A stretch of DNA of 50,829 nt from Octopus bimaculoides (GCF_001194135.2 NC_068983.1:135242614-135293442); one strand, 5' to 3'. Shown: positions 11,284 to 24,432, counted from the stretch's first letter. Notes: generated by a model not told the origin, from the sequence alone. A program made the numbers and translations.

Positions 11284-11403
11284 GTCACAAGGTTGTTTCG
11301 TTATGTAGCCACACTTTAATATTTGTATATTTATAATTATTTTCCTTCTTACGTTTTTAAATGGTTTTGTACAGTTGAGGCTGTTGTTGTATTATGCTTT
11401 AAG
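11284..11403 (+). repeat. 120-bp direct repeat, copy 2
   Basis: Matches 10277-10396. Confidence 0.95.
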
Positions 11404-11610
11404 GTTTGTGGAAAGAATAATGATTCTGTGATCCGATTTCAATCATAGCTTAAAATACCGTTCACTGGTGTTATGACCGTTGCAAATTCCCTTTCCGTTC
11501 TCTTTAAAATTTCAGTGTCTCGTTTCTTCTTTTTTAACAAAAGTTATAATAATTGATGTTACACAGTCCAACAAACAATTAAGTCGAGACAACATTCATA
11601 ATAACATAAT

Positions 11611-11840
11611 AAGCAAATAATATTAATGTTGCTGCTCTACGGCGAATACAATAGCTACAACTCCTTAGTCATACTATCGCTCTCATTCATAATGAAATAA
11701 ACGGCTTTTATGCTTTCTTTAATTACATATTCCGATGGATATGTAACGTTCAAAAATAGCTGGAGGAAGAGAGGAAGATGTCTGCAAATCGGAGACTTAG
11801 ACCGAATACTTGCTTCATTGAAGTTACACAGGGTTGCAGT
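11611..11840 (+). repeat. ~230-bp direct repeat, copy 1 (copy 2 at 15211-15444)
   Basis: aagcaaataatattaat(g/a)ttgctgctctacggcgaatacaatagctacaa...gaatacttgcttcattgaagt shared; starts exactly 3600 bp apart. Confidence 0.95.
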
Positions 11841-12140
11841 TCTTCTTCTTCTTCTTAGGCCTCTTGATTCTTCGGGGAACATAGGGCCGCCTTTGCAGTT
11901 TCTGTAACAGGTATCTTTTTTTATGACTGAAACAAGTAAAAGAATAAAAGAATAAAAGACCGGGTTGTTAGCCCAACGCTAAACCCCCAGCCTGGAGAGC
12001 CAGTTGAGTACTCTTCGTCTGGTCTCTACCCTTCGACCTGTCTGGCTTGGGTGATCCTACCAGGAGACAAATCTCCCACCAGCATGGCTCACATGGTCAT
12101 GGAGACAAACAAACCCGGCAACCAACGACACAGTGGTACT
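11841..12140 (-). mobile_element. RTE-clade LINE derivative: 5'-UTR-like segment joined to a 3' end
   Basis: Minus strand: ctcctggtaggatcaccc...ccaggctgggggtt...gggctaacaacccg (RTE 5'-UTR-like), then AALCSPKNQEA* and an (AAG)n tail; a SINE-A tail stub lies between them at ~11925-11958. Confidence 0.55.
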
Positions 12141-13015
12141 CATCAAATTCTGTTTTCTTCTTATTGTTGTCTTCCTTTTATCTTCCTCTTTCTCTCTGTG
12201 TCTCTCTGGAATAATGAAATAGAGAGAAATAGAAAATAAATGAGAAACACATGAAAAGATAGGAATATTGATGGAGGAAAGGGAAGGGAAAGTGATGGTG
12301 TCGGTTTGTTTACATTTTCATCGCTCTCCTAAAAACTGGATTTCGATGTTTTGTAATATACCCAAATATTCATTTTATTACAAACTTACTGTGTGCATAT
12401 TTACACGTACACACACACACACACACGCGCACACACATATATATATATGTGCATATTTACATATATACATACACATACATATATACATATGTGTATGTGA
12501 GCCAACAAAGAGGAACCTCTATGTTGTAGTTCGACCTGCAAGAAAGTTACACAATTTCAGCGAGGACAATAAATGGGTCAGCAGCAATTTAGGCTTCTTG
12601 GCGCCTTTCGCCGTTCTCGTTCATGATGATACCCCAATAACCAACAACTTGCTGTCCACTAACTAAAACAACTGTTGTACAGCAAGTACAATGTCCAGGG
12701 GATACAATGCTTATAGCCTTTTTTATACTGCCAGTATGACAGCTTTGCAAAAAACCTTGTTATATCAGGTTGCGTCTTAGTATTTGTGGAAGAAAAGCCG
12801 TAGACTCGAAAAGTGCTTGGTGCCCCTGTTGAAAATCAACTTAATATAAATTTTGAAATGCCAACTGGGTATACATACAGCCAATATGAATGCTTGCCAG
12901 TCAATATCAATTCTTCTTCTGCTTTTCGACAAAGTACGAGATTCAAATTCATTTCAAGATCTTCAAATAGCCAATAATAAAGTTTGTACTACATGCAGAA
13001 AGATACATTTTATAT

Positions 13016-13304
13016 GGTGCTATGTCTTTTCGTCCGACGTCACTTCGTCAAACATCTTTTCGTCGAAGTCTTTTTGTCCGATGATTTTTGGTTTTTTTTT
13101 TTTTTTTGTCCAACGACAAATCCTATCAATAAAATTTTCAATGATTATTTGATTTTGATGTTCACCTTGTTTTCTAAAGAGTTTATTTAAAATTGGACAA
13201 GAAGTCGTTGGACAAGAAAATCATAGGACAAAAAGACGTCGGACCAAAAGACGTGGACGAAATGGTGTTGGACATAGTGACATCGGACGAAAAGTCGGGT
13301 CACG
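13016..13304. mobile_element. Mutator-like MITE with perfect 9-bp TSD
   Basis: ATTTTATAT at 13007-13015 and 13305-13313; imperfect TIRs with reiterated cttttcgtccga / ggacgaaaag subrepeats. Confidence 0.75.
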
Positions 13305-13783
13305 ATTTTATATACATGGATTGCAGGAGAACGGTACCCAACAGGATGTAACAATGAAGAGAAAATGCTGTGAATCTTGCAACCTACTTCATTTGTACTC
13401 AAGTATCGTGATGATCTTGCCGAATAATTCAAATATCAAGCTAAACATATCTACTCGGCTTAGAAATAGAGTACAAAGACGAAATCTATAATGTAATCGC
13501 CGTCGACAAATAGCAAAGAATTTCAAAAATACAGCCTCCCTCAACCTAACTACACTGAAGTCAATAATCTACCAACAGTAATTTTGAAAGGTACATAATA
13601 TGATTATGACATATTAATAGCATATATCAATGACAATGAACCCAAACACATTGTAGGGTAAGGGGCAGTCAATTCTGTTTTGTTTTGTTTTTTTTGTTTT
13701 TTTACAGAGTTCAGTAACGAGAAGTTGAAATTTGCTTCTATGACACTCGTATTAGAACTGAGAAGACATTCCTAATCAGTCTA

Positions 13784-13975
13784 CGAAGGGGTACTGAAAA
13801 GTTCTTGGTTTTGGGTAAAAGAAAATACAGGAGGATCAGTTAATTATGATTTTATTCAACATATTCCCCTCTCAGATTGACATACTTATTGCAGTGATCT
13901 TTCAGTTTTCTAAGACCTGTAAAAGAACTCGGATGATTGGGCCTCCAACCAGTTCTTTTGCGATACCTTTAAACC
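13784..13975 (-). mobile_element. Mariner 3' end fragment with TIR
   Basis: TA|CGAAGGGGTACTGAAAAGTT terminus; minus strand NWLEAQSSEFFY/GLRKLKDHCNKYVNLRGEYVE* with one frameshift. Confidence 0.75.
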
Positions 13976-14057
13976 CAGGAAATTGTCAGCACCCCTTTGT
14001 ACTGGTCGTCAAAGCCTGACAACATAAAGGCATGGCTATTGCGTTTTTTTTTTCCAG

Positions 14058-14211
14058 ATGTTAATTCCAAACTACTTTTTAGGAACTTGGCGACACATCC
14101 TGTTTTCACGATTTCCTTGGGTTTGGATATAAATGATGCACCAGTTTGAAAAAAGTCTAAGAATTTGAGAATCGGACAAGTTCTTTTAAAAATCCCAATT
14201 GATTCCATGAG
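14058..14211 (+). other. Candidate exon with strong splice sites (best frame has one TGA)
   Basis: ttttttttttccag| acceptor and GAG|gtaagt donor; frame VNSKLLFRNLATHPVFTISLGLDINDAPV*KKSKNLRIGQVLLKIPIDSM. Confidence 0.3.
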
Positions 14212-14324
14212 GTAAGTACACAATGACATACAAGAGAGCTCTGGAACCCCTGAAGAGGACGTTGCAGCACTTGTGTAACAAAGATGTCAAATAGGAGAAG
14301 TGGCAGTCCCGTAATAATATATTA

Positions 14325-14525
14325 TTTTATTTGTTTCATTCATTTTGGCCATGCTGGAGCACCACCTTCTAGTTGAAGAAATCGGCTCCTGGACTTATTC
14401 TTTGTAAACCTGGTACCTATTCAATCAGTCTTCTGTCGAACCGCTAAGTTACAGGGACGTAAACACACCAAGATCGGTTGTCAAGCGATGGTGGAGGGAC
14501 AAACATAGATACAAACACACATGTA

Positions 14526-14593
<68 letters not shown>

Positions 14594-14722
14594 CAACAGG
14601 CTTCTTTCAGTTTCTGTCTACCAAATCTACTCACAAGGTATTGGTCGGCCCGAGGCTATAGTAGAAGACACTTGCCCACTGAACCCAGAACCATGTAATT
14701 GGGAAGCAAGTTTCTTACCACA
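14325..14722 (-). mobile_element. SINE family A, near-full copy with long internal (TA)n
   Basis: Collinear with 6751-7131. Confidence 0.9.
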
Positions 14723-15210
14723 CACACACGCACACACACGCACGTACGTACGTATGCAAGCATATATTGTATGTCACGACACTCTACTTACTGAATAACA
14801 TACATAAAATATTGACCAGAGTGTTACCTCGAAGCAATTCAGAAATAATTAGTTTCTGTCGTTCTTTCTTTATTTTGATATGTTACACCAATGTAAGCGC
14901 GTTCATTAGTAGTTGTTAAAAGTTTATCTTTACTACAAAATGAATAACAGAATCTTAGTGTGAAGAACAAGAAAGATAGTTACTGAATTCATTTTATCAT
15001 TTTTCAGAATTCTCTTTCAGCTTTCTTACACTTGTTGGCAGAAAACCAAAATAAATATTCTCTTGAAAATAATGATTAAATTCTAGGTTTAACAACTGCA
15101 ATGAATGGACCTATTTAGATAACTTCGGAGATTTACTATTCATAAGAAACTATTTGTAAACGCCTACCAGTTACTAAATTTCATGATCTGTTGCGTTACT
15201 TCTGTAACAA

Positions 15211-15444
15211 AAGCAAATAATATTAATATTGCTGCTCTACGGCGAATACAATAGCTACAAATCCTTAGTTATACTATCGCTCTCATTCATAATGAAATGA
15301 AATATTTTTTTAATGATCTTTTTTTATTACATATTCCGAAGGAAAGGTAGCGTTCAAAAATAGCTGGGGGAAGAGCGAAAGATGTCTGCAAATCGGAGAC
15401 CTAGACCGAATACTTGCTTCATTGAAGTCACCCAGGGCTGCAGT
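15211..15444 (+). repeat. ~230-bp direct repeat, copy 2
   Basis: Matches 11611-11840. Confidence 0.95.
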
Positions 15445-16809
15445 AGTGACGTTAAACCGAGCGATCGAACCTAGTAAATGTCAGGAAGTTCCGTTTACCA
15501 GTTGATAACATCTAAAACGTTTCGTTTGATCTTTCCATCGCCCTCTTTTATGGTGTTGTTGTTTAACCAAGGTAAATTCGATCAACCAGGTCTATGATTA
15601 CAACCATTCCAGCCATGGTCATCCCATCTTTTGTCGTATATGGTGTATTCAGGAGTACAATCCAATTCTTTCTCCCTTTTTTTTTCTTTATAAACGATAG
15701 GCTGCAGTTTACGGAAATTTGTTACGAATTCTAGAAGATTGAGCGACCAAATAGAAGATAAAAATAAGGGTGACAAAGAATGAGAGGGACACTTTAAAAG
15801 AATGTATACATTCGTTCCCCCTACCGACCCAGTATGATTATTTATCAGTTAACTTCACCAACTCCAGGTCAACTAAGGGATTCATGTTGCCACATACTAT
15901 GACTCAATAAGGTCTGTGAAGAACTGGTAAGTCAGTTATGTTTCAGCCTTCCTTTACACAACCTGCTTCCATTGAGAATTATTGGCAGATTTCACATTTT
16001 CAGCATAATTGAGGTATTGATGTGCAATGGTATTTGTTCCAGAGACTAGGAATAGAAGCTACTGAGATAGCACAGTAATGAGATGATGGTTACGTCAAGA
16101 ACAATGAATTTATTGTTTAGAGTAAGAATAAATTATTTTATTAGTTTATGCTTCATCCATCAGTATCAGACGAGGATGTTATATGTATTATTCTGAACCA
16201 ACTTACCACTTTCTCATAGAGTAATATGGCTTTAAGTTGGGTTATAGTACAACAAATATGTTTTTAGTGAGCCAATTCAAGGGAAAATATTCGAATGACC
16301 ATCTAAATCCTTTAAAATGGACTACATTTCAGGTTTTAACTTCGGGACTTAAAACGGTAGAATAACTATTCGTTAATCATCTTTAACTGGTTCGTCCTGT
16401 GTTTAGCAGGTTATTCTGACAATAAAAGAATTGTTTTAATCCTTTAGAGTAGTAACAGCATTGTTTTAGTTCTTTAATGTAGTTATACACTTTCTTTACA
16501 AGTATTTAGCGAATCGATAAACTGCTTTAACATATTTCCTGGTTGTTTGTGCATCTCTGAGTAGAATAGTCCGATAAACAGCTTTTGGTCATTTTTGGTG
16601 AATAGTGATCTCTTACATTGATCCTGGGCCGTAAATTTAGAGAAAAAATCTAAATCTGATTGAAAGAAATTTTGATACTAATGAACTAAAGAAAGGCAAA
16701 ATTATAACCTAGTCAGAGTTTAAACACAAAATCATGAAGTGACAATATAAAATACTGCATTAGTTTCTGTGTCATCGAGGTTTTGCCTCTTCAGTACTTT
16801 TACGTGAGA

Positions 16810-17300
16810 AGGTCGATGCAAGTGGAAGTACGACAAGGTTTCGCACAAAAATCACCAAATAGATTCCTGAAGGAAAGTGACAAGGTTTTTAAAACAAAAG
16901 CAACAGTAAGGGACCTGTTTGCTATTTTGCATTCAGCTTCAGACTCAAAGATGCAAATAGATCTGAAGGGCAGACACATTTTCCAAGAGGAAGTCGCAGT
17001 AACATCTCTCCCGCCAGACATATTCTTGCTATCCAGGAATGCAAAAAACATTCATTGTCGTTGGATTTACTGTACCCTGGAAGGACAGAGTCAATATTTC
17101 ACAACAAATAATGAAAACCAAATATCAGGACTTAGTTGACGTGGCACTTGTTACGGGATGGCAAGCAGTCTCATTCCTTATTGACGTCGGCTGCCGCGAC
17201 TTTCAAGCTAGGCCAGTGCACTAGTTCCAGCAGAAGGTTGGTCTGTAACTCAGACAACTGAAGAAAGCTAGTAATCGAATAGGCACAGAAGAACTTTCAG
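16810..17300 (+). pseudogene. Restriction-like endonuclease (RLE) domain of a HERO/NeSL-like non-LTR retrotransposon, decayed
   Basis: Two ORFs joined by a frameshift near 17045: ASDSKMQIDLKGRHIFQEEVAVTSLPPDIFLLS / FTVPWKDRV...KYQDLVD...GWQAVSFLIDVGCRDF; fits the RPD..L.S..ELTVPW..KY..L..GW..VEVGCRGF pattern. Confidence 0.8.
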
Positions 17301-18172
17301 AGAAACATAGAATAAAGAAACTAATCAGTGATGTCCAATCGAGAAAAATAAGGGGAAAAAATCTTCTGGTGATCGTTTAAATCCTTCTTTAACAGGTTTT
17401 TCTGAAGATAATTCATTTGTCTAGATACTTATGTCTTTTCCCAAACCAAAGCAAATGAAAATCTTGAACTCATTTGTAAGCTACAGAAACGCCGTTTTAT
17501 CAAACGATGTTTTAAAGAGTTGGTAAAAATGGTAAAGCGCTAAGTTAAATACTTTACAGAATTTATTTCCATTCATCTATATTCCGAGTTTAAAATCTAC
17601 CGAGGCCAACTGCGAATTTGAAGTTCACATATTTGATAAAACAGATTAACCTATTCTTAGGGTTGATAGCACATTGAGTCAGTACTTAACCGTATTCGTG
17701 TAGCGTTAAACGGATAAGAAACAAAATATCCACCACCACTGGTAACTTTCCCAGAAACGCGGGTGCTTTTTTTCTAGGCAAGGTGAACTGAGGCATGTGA
17801 AATAAGGTGACCTACTAAAATATTCAGCAAGATGGCATTGAATTTACGGCTTGCTATCATATTGACTTGACTGTTTTATCACTGCTCGATAAAACAAGTA
17901 CCAGTATTATAATGACATTGATATACTGGACCTTTGTTTTCACTACGAAACATGTGCTAGTCAAAGGAATGAACATGATATAGTTCTGATCTAATGTTGT
18001 TTATTGAGTGGAATGTTTCTGCCCAGCAATCGAATGATTGACACAACAGCTGAGAATTTTGCCTTTTATCGACTCTGTTGTTGGCTGACTTCCTGGGTTA
18101 ACATATAAATTTAAAACTCATCCAGGCAGTAGCAAAGCTAGTAATACGGTTAGGCTGCTATGCATGTACATC

Positions 18173-18217
<45 letters not shown>

Positions 18218-19178
18218 CACACACACACACACGCGCGCACACGCACACACACACACATACACGCACGCACACACACACACGCACACACACACACACACAC
18301 ATAAATGCAGTAAATATTTTAAAGATAATCAGAATGGTTCGATTCAACAAAAGACGGTATCAAACTTCTTGCAGAAGATACCAGTTTTTGTATGCATTAT
18401 TCCGCATATTCATTATAGAATATATTATACAATCATATCAAACCAATATAAAACATATCTTAATATATNNNNNNNNNNNNNNNNNNNNNNNNNNNNNNNN
18501 NNNNNNNNNNNNNNNNNNNNNNNNNNNNNNNNNNNNNNNNNTATATATATATATTTATGCATACACACACAGATCTATCTATCTATCTATCTATCTCACT
18601 ATATATATATATATATATCCAAATTGAAGGAGTGGAAACTGGTAAAATCTAAGCTACATATATTTCCTAGTTAGTAGATCCTCTGATGTAATAATTACTC
18701 AACGAGAATTACTCAGCTAGCTACTCATCAGACTGAAGATACCTTAATTATATGAAGGTTACATTGTCGTTTGGGAATCCCAAGTTAACTCACCTAAGAT
18801 CTAAATTGGAATATAATAATGAAGGCGCCCATGATTCTGAGATTTCCCTTCTTATAAACAAATTGAAACCAGCCATTAACAACCAGAAGGAACTACACGA
18901 AGCAGACTGGTTGTTATAGCAACACCAGTTTGCGCATGTCACCAGCCTCCTACTTTCCCCATATATCCGACTATCGACCTTTTTCCTACTACTGTTTTTT
19001 CTAAACGTCCTGAAGAAGAGGTCCTTACACACCCGTCTTCGTCTTTTGTTTCTTTTCTTTTTTGTAAATTGTCGCTATATATATANNNNNNNNNNNNNNN
19101 NNNNNNNNNNNNNNNNNNNNNNNNNNNNNNNNNNNNNNNNNNNNNNNNNNNNNNNNNACACACACACACACATACATA

Positions 19179-19710
19179 CAGGGTGTTCGGGTTAAATTTA
19201 ACGATTTTTATGTCTTATTTTTTCAGAGACAGCTTGATATGTTGGTGAACAGTCAACGGCGTTAGGGAACATAAAGATTAAAGTTGTAGTTGAGTTAGCT
19301 AATATGGATGACTGGATGGCATCCTAATATTGGAAAAGAGTGATCTGTTTCATGATGATTCGCGCTGGGTACAAATTGCCGACATCATGACTACTGCTCA
19401 ATGCTCTGTGGACTGCTGTAACATGTGGACATTGACAGCTTCAACGGAAATTACGAAGCCGTGACCAGCAGGAAGTGACACAGTAGGCATTCAAAGAAAT
19501 CAGTGCGATCGTCGCAGGAAACTGGCATTTCTTGTACAACAATGCGACAAATAATAAAAGCTGCAGACGGTGAACATTTTGAACACTTATGATCATACTG
19601 TTGACATTTTCTAATTTGTTTTGCTTTGTGTAATTAAATATCAAGTGTTGTTTTGAAATGTACAATATATATTAAATAAGTCTTAATCTTGGTGCGTGAC
19701 TTTTGACACT
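19179..19710 (+). mobile_element. Internally deleted Tc1/mariner-type element
   Basis: TA|CAGGGTG start; decayed N-terminal-like MMIRAG..IMTTAQCS; C-terminus MRQIIKAADGEHFEHL*; right TIR not clearly recognisable. Confidence 0.5.
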
Positions 19711-20849
19711 CACACACACACACACACACACACACACATGCATACGTATGTATGTATGTATGTATATATGCACACACACACAGACGCGTGCACACCACCA
19801 CATACCCACATATAGGTTTTTACATATACACAAACAAATATAAATAAATGAATAAACAAATATATAAATACATAAACAGTAGGTTTTAAGATAAACTTGG
19901 ATGCCATCAAATCAATCAAATAAAGCTATTTAGAAATCTCGGATGAAAAGAGTAGAAATCACAATAGAACAGCGAAATGTCAGTAGCCTTGCTTCAGCCA
20001 CAGAAACATACATACATGTTTAATGTATGCTGAACTAAAAAGTTGTTGCTAACATCCTGGTTATTATTTCTCAAGTTGTTAACGAGTGAAAAGCAAGCAT
20101 TTCATGTTTCCAACCTATTACATACTTCGTTTATATTTTCTTCCCTGTCTTTTGCTACAGTTTTTTTTTTTATGTTGTTAACTTTCATTTTTCTTCTTTT
20201 TGTTTACCATATGGTTGCCAAACAAAGGATGTTTTACTCCTTTTCATTTCCTATTGAGTTATTACAGACCTAACTATTGAATTTATGATAAGCGTTGACT
20301 ACATTAACCGTCTTGACGAAACTTTTTGCATTCGACATATTTTGTATTATGCTTACATTTTGTTACAATTTATTCTCTTTTTATTATTTTTTTCATCAAA
20401 CTAACCTTAACTTCAATAAAGAATATCTAAAGTAATTTCGTATTAAAAGTTGCATTAGTCAGGTAGATATGATGTCGAATTCTCCATGTTTTTCATACCT
20501 GTTGTAGTACTAACTTTCAACCAATGAATTGAATATAGCGGCAACATTTCTTGCTAAAATGAGCAGAGATTTCCTTTGTCTTTTTGAAATATAATGTATA
20601 AGAACTTATTTTAATAGAATTCTATCAATTAGTTTATGTAAAGTTGCTGACGAGGATTGAACATCGAACTGGGAGATAAACCTGGCGCAACATCGAATAT
20701 ATATCATAAGATAAAACTAGGAAAAAAAGTTACAGATAAATAAATGGGTTGGCACTCTTAGAATTATGCTCAGTTAGCATTAAGATAAATTTCTCTACAT
20801 CTATATATCTTTACATGTGTGTGCATGTAAATAAATATATAAATACTTA

Positions 20850-20942
<93 letters not shown>

Positions 20943-21109
20943 ATTTTTCAGAAGGTTATGAAATTGCATTCCTGGAATAACAGTTGCTATGGCTAAAAAG
21001 CTCACTGCTGAAGATACAGTCTCTGCTATTTTGCATACTACTAGATGCTTTCACTAATTTTGATTTTCTGGTACAACGCTTTTCTCAGAAGCTTATTTGA
21101 CTCTGCATA

Positions 21110-21720
21110 TTGCATGTGGTCCAACTCAGTTCTACTTGCCTCCTTCTTCTAGATTCGTCTTGTTGGACAGTTTCCCAGATATCGGTGATGATGATGATGA
21201 ATATCTTTGCTAATATCTTTAAGGAGTATCCAGGATTTTTCTAATTTGCATTTGTCTCTACCAATTTTTCACGAAGTATGTCGTTATGAATGTGATTACC
21301 CTTCACTCTAGTGACATAACTACTCCAATGCAATCATTTCCGTTAGAAGATTACGAGCACGCATTCCCCAACATTCTCAACTACTATGAGCTTGGTATTT
21401 TTTAAATTTTACTTTAGTTTTCCTAAGAAATTTTCAAAATGTCTCTAAACAATTTGTATAGAAAGTCTTCATTTATGTGCGTAAGACTTTCTTTGTATAA
21501 GATTAGTTTGTTTGTGTAAGGCTATAAGGTTAGTTTCTTTGATCATTCAAGCTCTGTTAAAGTTGTTGCGCCATTCGCGATGTGTCTGTTGAGTTCACTA
21601 TCGATTGTTTGAGAATGCAGAGCTCCAATATACAAAAATCTGAATGGTCAACAGATTATCATCAAGTTTGTTATTTTAGTCGATCCAGTCCTGCTTGCTT
21701 TTGTACACGAAGTGAAAAGA
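21110..21720 (-). pseudogene. Old RTE-clade LINE RT C-terminal fragment
   Basis: Decayed, frameshifted minus-strand segments resembling F.Y.G...IDSELNRHIANGATTL, LHWSSYVTRV and DIWETVQQDESR (RTE-like FTYLGS..EI..RI, LRW.GHV.RM, WE..A.DR). Confidence 0.6.
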
Positions 21721-21903
21721 TGTTGCGCAACAGCACAGAGTATAATGTGTAATCATGTGATACTCGCAGATGAAGATCTCAATTATTATGCAATTGCCTA
21801 TAAGAGTTCCTTCATTTACTAATGTGTTGAATGTTTTGTGGAGCTCTTCTTTGTTTAGTTCAGAGTTCTCTGCTGTTAATGATCTATCTATCTATCATTC
21901 TAT

Positions 21904-21953
<50 letters not shown>

Positions 21954-21979
21954 CTCTACCTACCTACCTACCTACCTAC

Positions 21980-22025
<46 letters not shown>

Positions 22026-22110
22026 GTCTGTCTGTCTGTCTGTCTGTCTGACTCTGTCTTTGTCTGTTTGTTTGATTATCTGTCTCTGTCTCTCTTTCTC
22101 TCTTTCTCTC

Positions 22111-22158
<48 letters not shown>

Positions 22159-24390
22159 TATCTATCGATCTAACTAACTCTTTTTCCCTACCCTCTCTCT
22201 ACTTCTCTCTACTTCTCTCACTCACTCACTCACTCACTCACTCACGGCTGCAGCTCTGAATACTGCTCTATCCATTGTTTCATCTGTTTTTCTTAATCCT
22301 TTATGATTTTACCAGTAAAATTGTTTTTTATGAGATGAATCAATGGCTCAACATTATTCTGTACTACATGTCCTTTACGTTACCAACGTTGACATTAGTC
22401 TGAATCTGTGATTGAAACTGATGCTAAATCGGTTCAGATTTTGATCTAGATAATATACGATGCGTGTCTTTCCCGTTTAGGCAGTATTCTGTATACTGCT
22501 TGAGTATATTTCTTCAACACTATGATTGATAGCAGTACTTCTGAATGGGCCTTGAACCAACACACGTTTTTACAAAAACTTTAACAACACGCACCTACGC
22601 ACGCACGCGCAATTGGTTAGGTACATGTTATCAACGTTGGTATTTAAGCGAAAATTTCAGCTGTAGCTGGCCGTTATTACCTCCAGTAAAGGTTACTCAA
22701 AGTTCAACGTAAAATATATAATAGCATCCTAATAAGCTCTCAATTATTCTAACACTTTTTCTCATAATCATCCCCCTCTCTTTATTCCTCTCTCTCCTCC
22801 TTCTCTCCCCCCTCTCTCTCTCTCTCCCTCCATCTCTCTTACCTTCACACAAACGGTATCTTTCTTTGTCTCTCGCCTTGTGTTTCGTCATACTCAATAA
22901 AGCTACTTTATCTTTAATCTTAATCTTTCTGCAACTTCTTTCTCTCTCTCTCTCCCTTTTCTCTCTTTCTCTGTCTCCCCCCACTCTCTCTATTTCTATC
23001 TCTTTTATATATATATAATTGATGGACAGATGTTAATTCATTACACCTGTCCATCAATTGTTACTTATTCATTTTTGATTCACCTATGACGGAACATGCT
23101 CATCGCGTATTCTGAAGNNNNNNNNNNATATATATATATATATATATATATATAATTGATGGACAGATGTTAATTCATTACACCTGTCCATCAATTGTTA
23201 CTTATTCATTTTTGATTCACCTATGACGGAACATGCTCATCGCGTATTCTGAAGTGTGTTACGTACTGTATATTTAATAAAATGTACATGTCTGGATAGC
23301 TGAAGAGCGGTTAATATCCTCAGTTGGGTCCAATTAACTGCATACATTATCTGAATATCATTCTGCCAGTACTTCTGTACCAAGGTTGGTAATCATCTAT
23401 AATTGTTGTGTATGCATTTTATACCGACCTAACTAGGTGCCTTAACTTTATGTACCTTATTCAACTGAATCTTGTTATATTATATTATATATATATACAT
23501 ATAGATCAAAACAGTTTGATTCAAATTCGTTGATATTCATGAGTTTCAAGCGCGATGTTAGTCGTCAGCCATTTTGAATTTAAATGACACGTTGAGTATT
23601 ATTATCGTAAGGTGGAGTGCGATTGGTCGAAGAAGGTCACGCGGTGTCGTTGTTTGATGTTGGTACATGGGTAACAGTTAGTTGGAAAATACTGCATGGC
23701 GAACAGGAAATTGACCACGTGGAGGACAAGAAATAGACTAGAAGTCGGTCAGGTTGTTGGTGAGGGTAGAGTAGGAAGGGGTAGCATGCGCAAGTATATA
23801 GTCCTATGTGTGGGTGTGTAGACATGCTCATATAGTTTTGCGTACATGTGTATACTGATGCGAGTGTGCACATCGGAATATGGGCGCACACGCGCATGTC
23901 TGCACACACAGACGTGTAGTAAATAAACATACGAACATATATTAAATACAGACGAACAGAAAACACAGAAGGTCACCAACTCTTCAGTTATCGGCCAGAG
24001 AGTCAAGCGCAATTTAGGCCATTATCGATAGTATTGCTTCCGCTCTGAAGGCACCGACAAGAAACCTGCCAGGAATGGGACCAAAGCATAACAAAACGGG
24101 ACGGACTCGAGACGAGACCGTTAGTGGACGGACGAAGGACAAAACAATAAACAGAATAAAAGCTTGGGACCACACGAAGACAACAATTGAAATGATAATG
24201 ATATATATATACAGCAAAAAAAAAGCCTTAGGGCTGCAAGACAAAACTAAAATAGGTAACGTGACAGAGAAATGAAAACTGTTCTATATCTATTCCATAA
24301 ATACGTGAGTACACGATTAAAAGTTTGCTTCTTAACCACATGATTCCAGGTTCAGGCCTACTCCGTAGCACTACACACACACACACACAC

Positions 24391-24427
<37 letters not shown>

Positions 24428-24432
<5 letters not shown>

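Noticed and set aside
12560-12840. Minus-strand GYWGIIMNENGER resembling an RTE APE motif
   Set aside because: Only one short motif; flanking similarity not convincing.
13320-13500. Possible integrase-like peptide ERYPTGC...FVLKYRDDL
   Set aside because: Multiple stops and no DDE or HHCC motif nearby.
23010-23253. Exact ~108-bp tandem duplication
   Set aside because: Identical copies on either side of a 9-N gap; most likely unmerged contig overlap.
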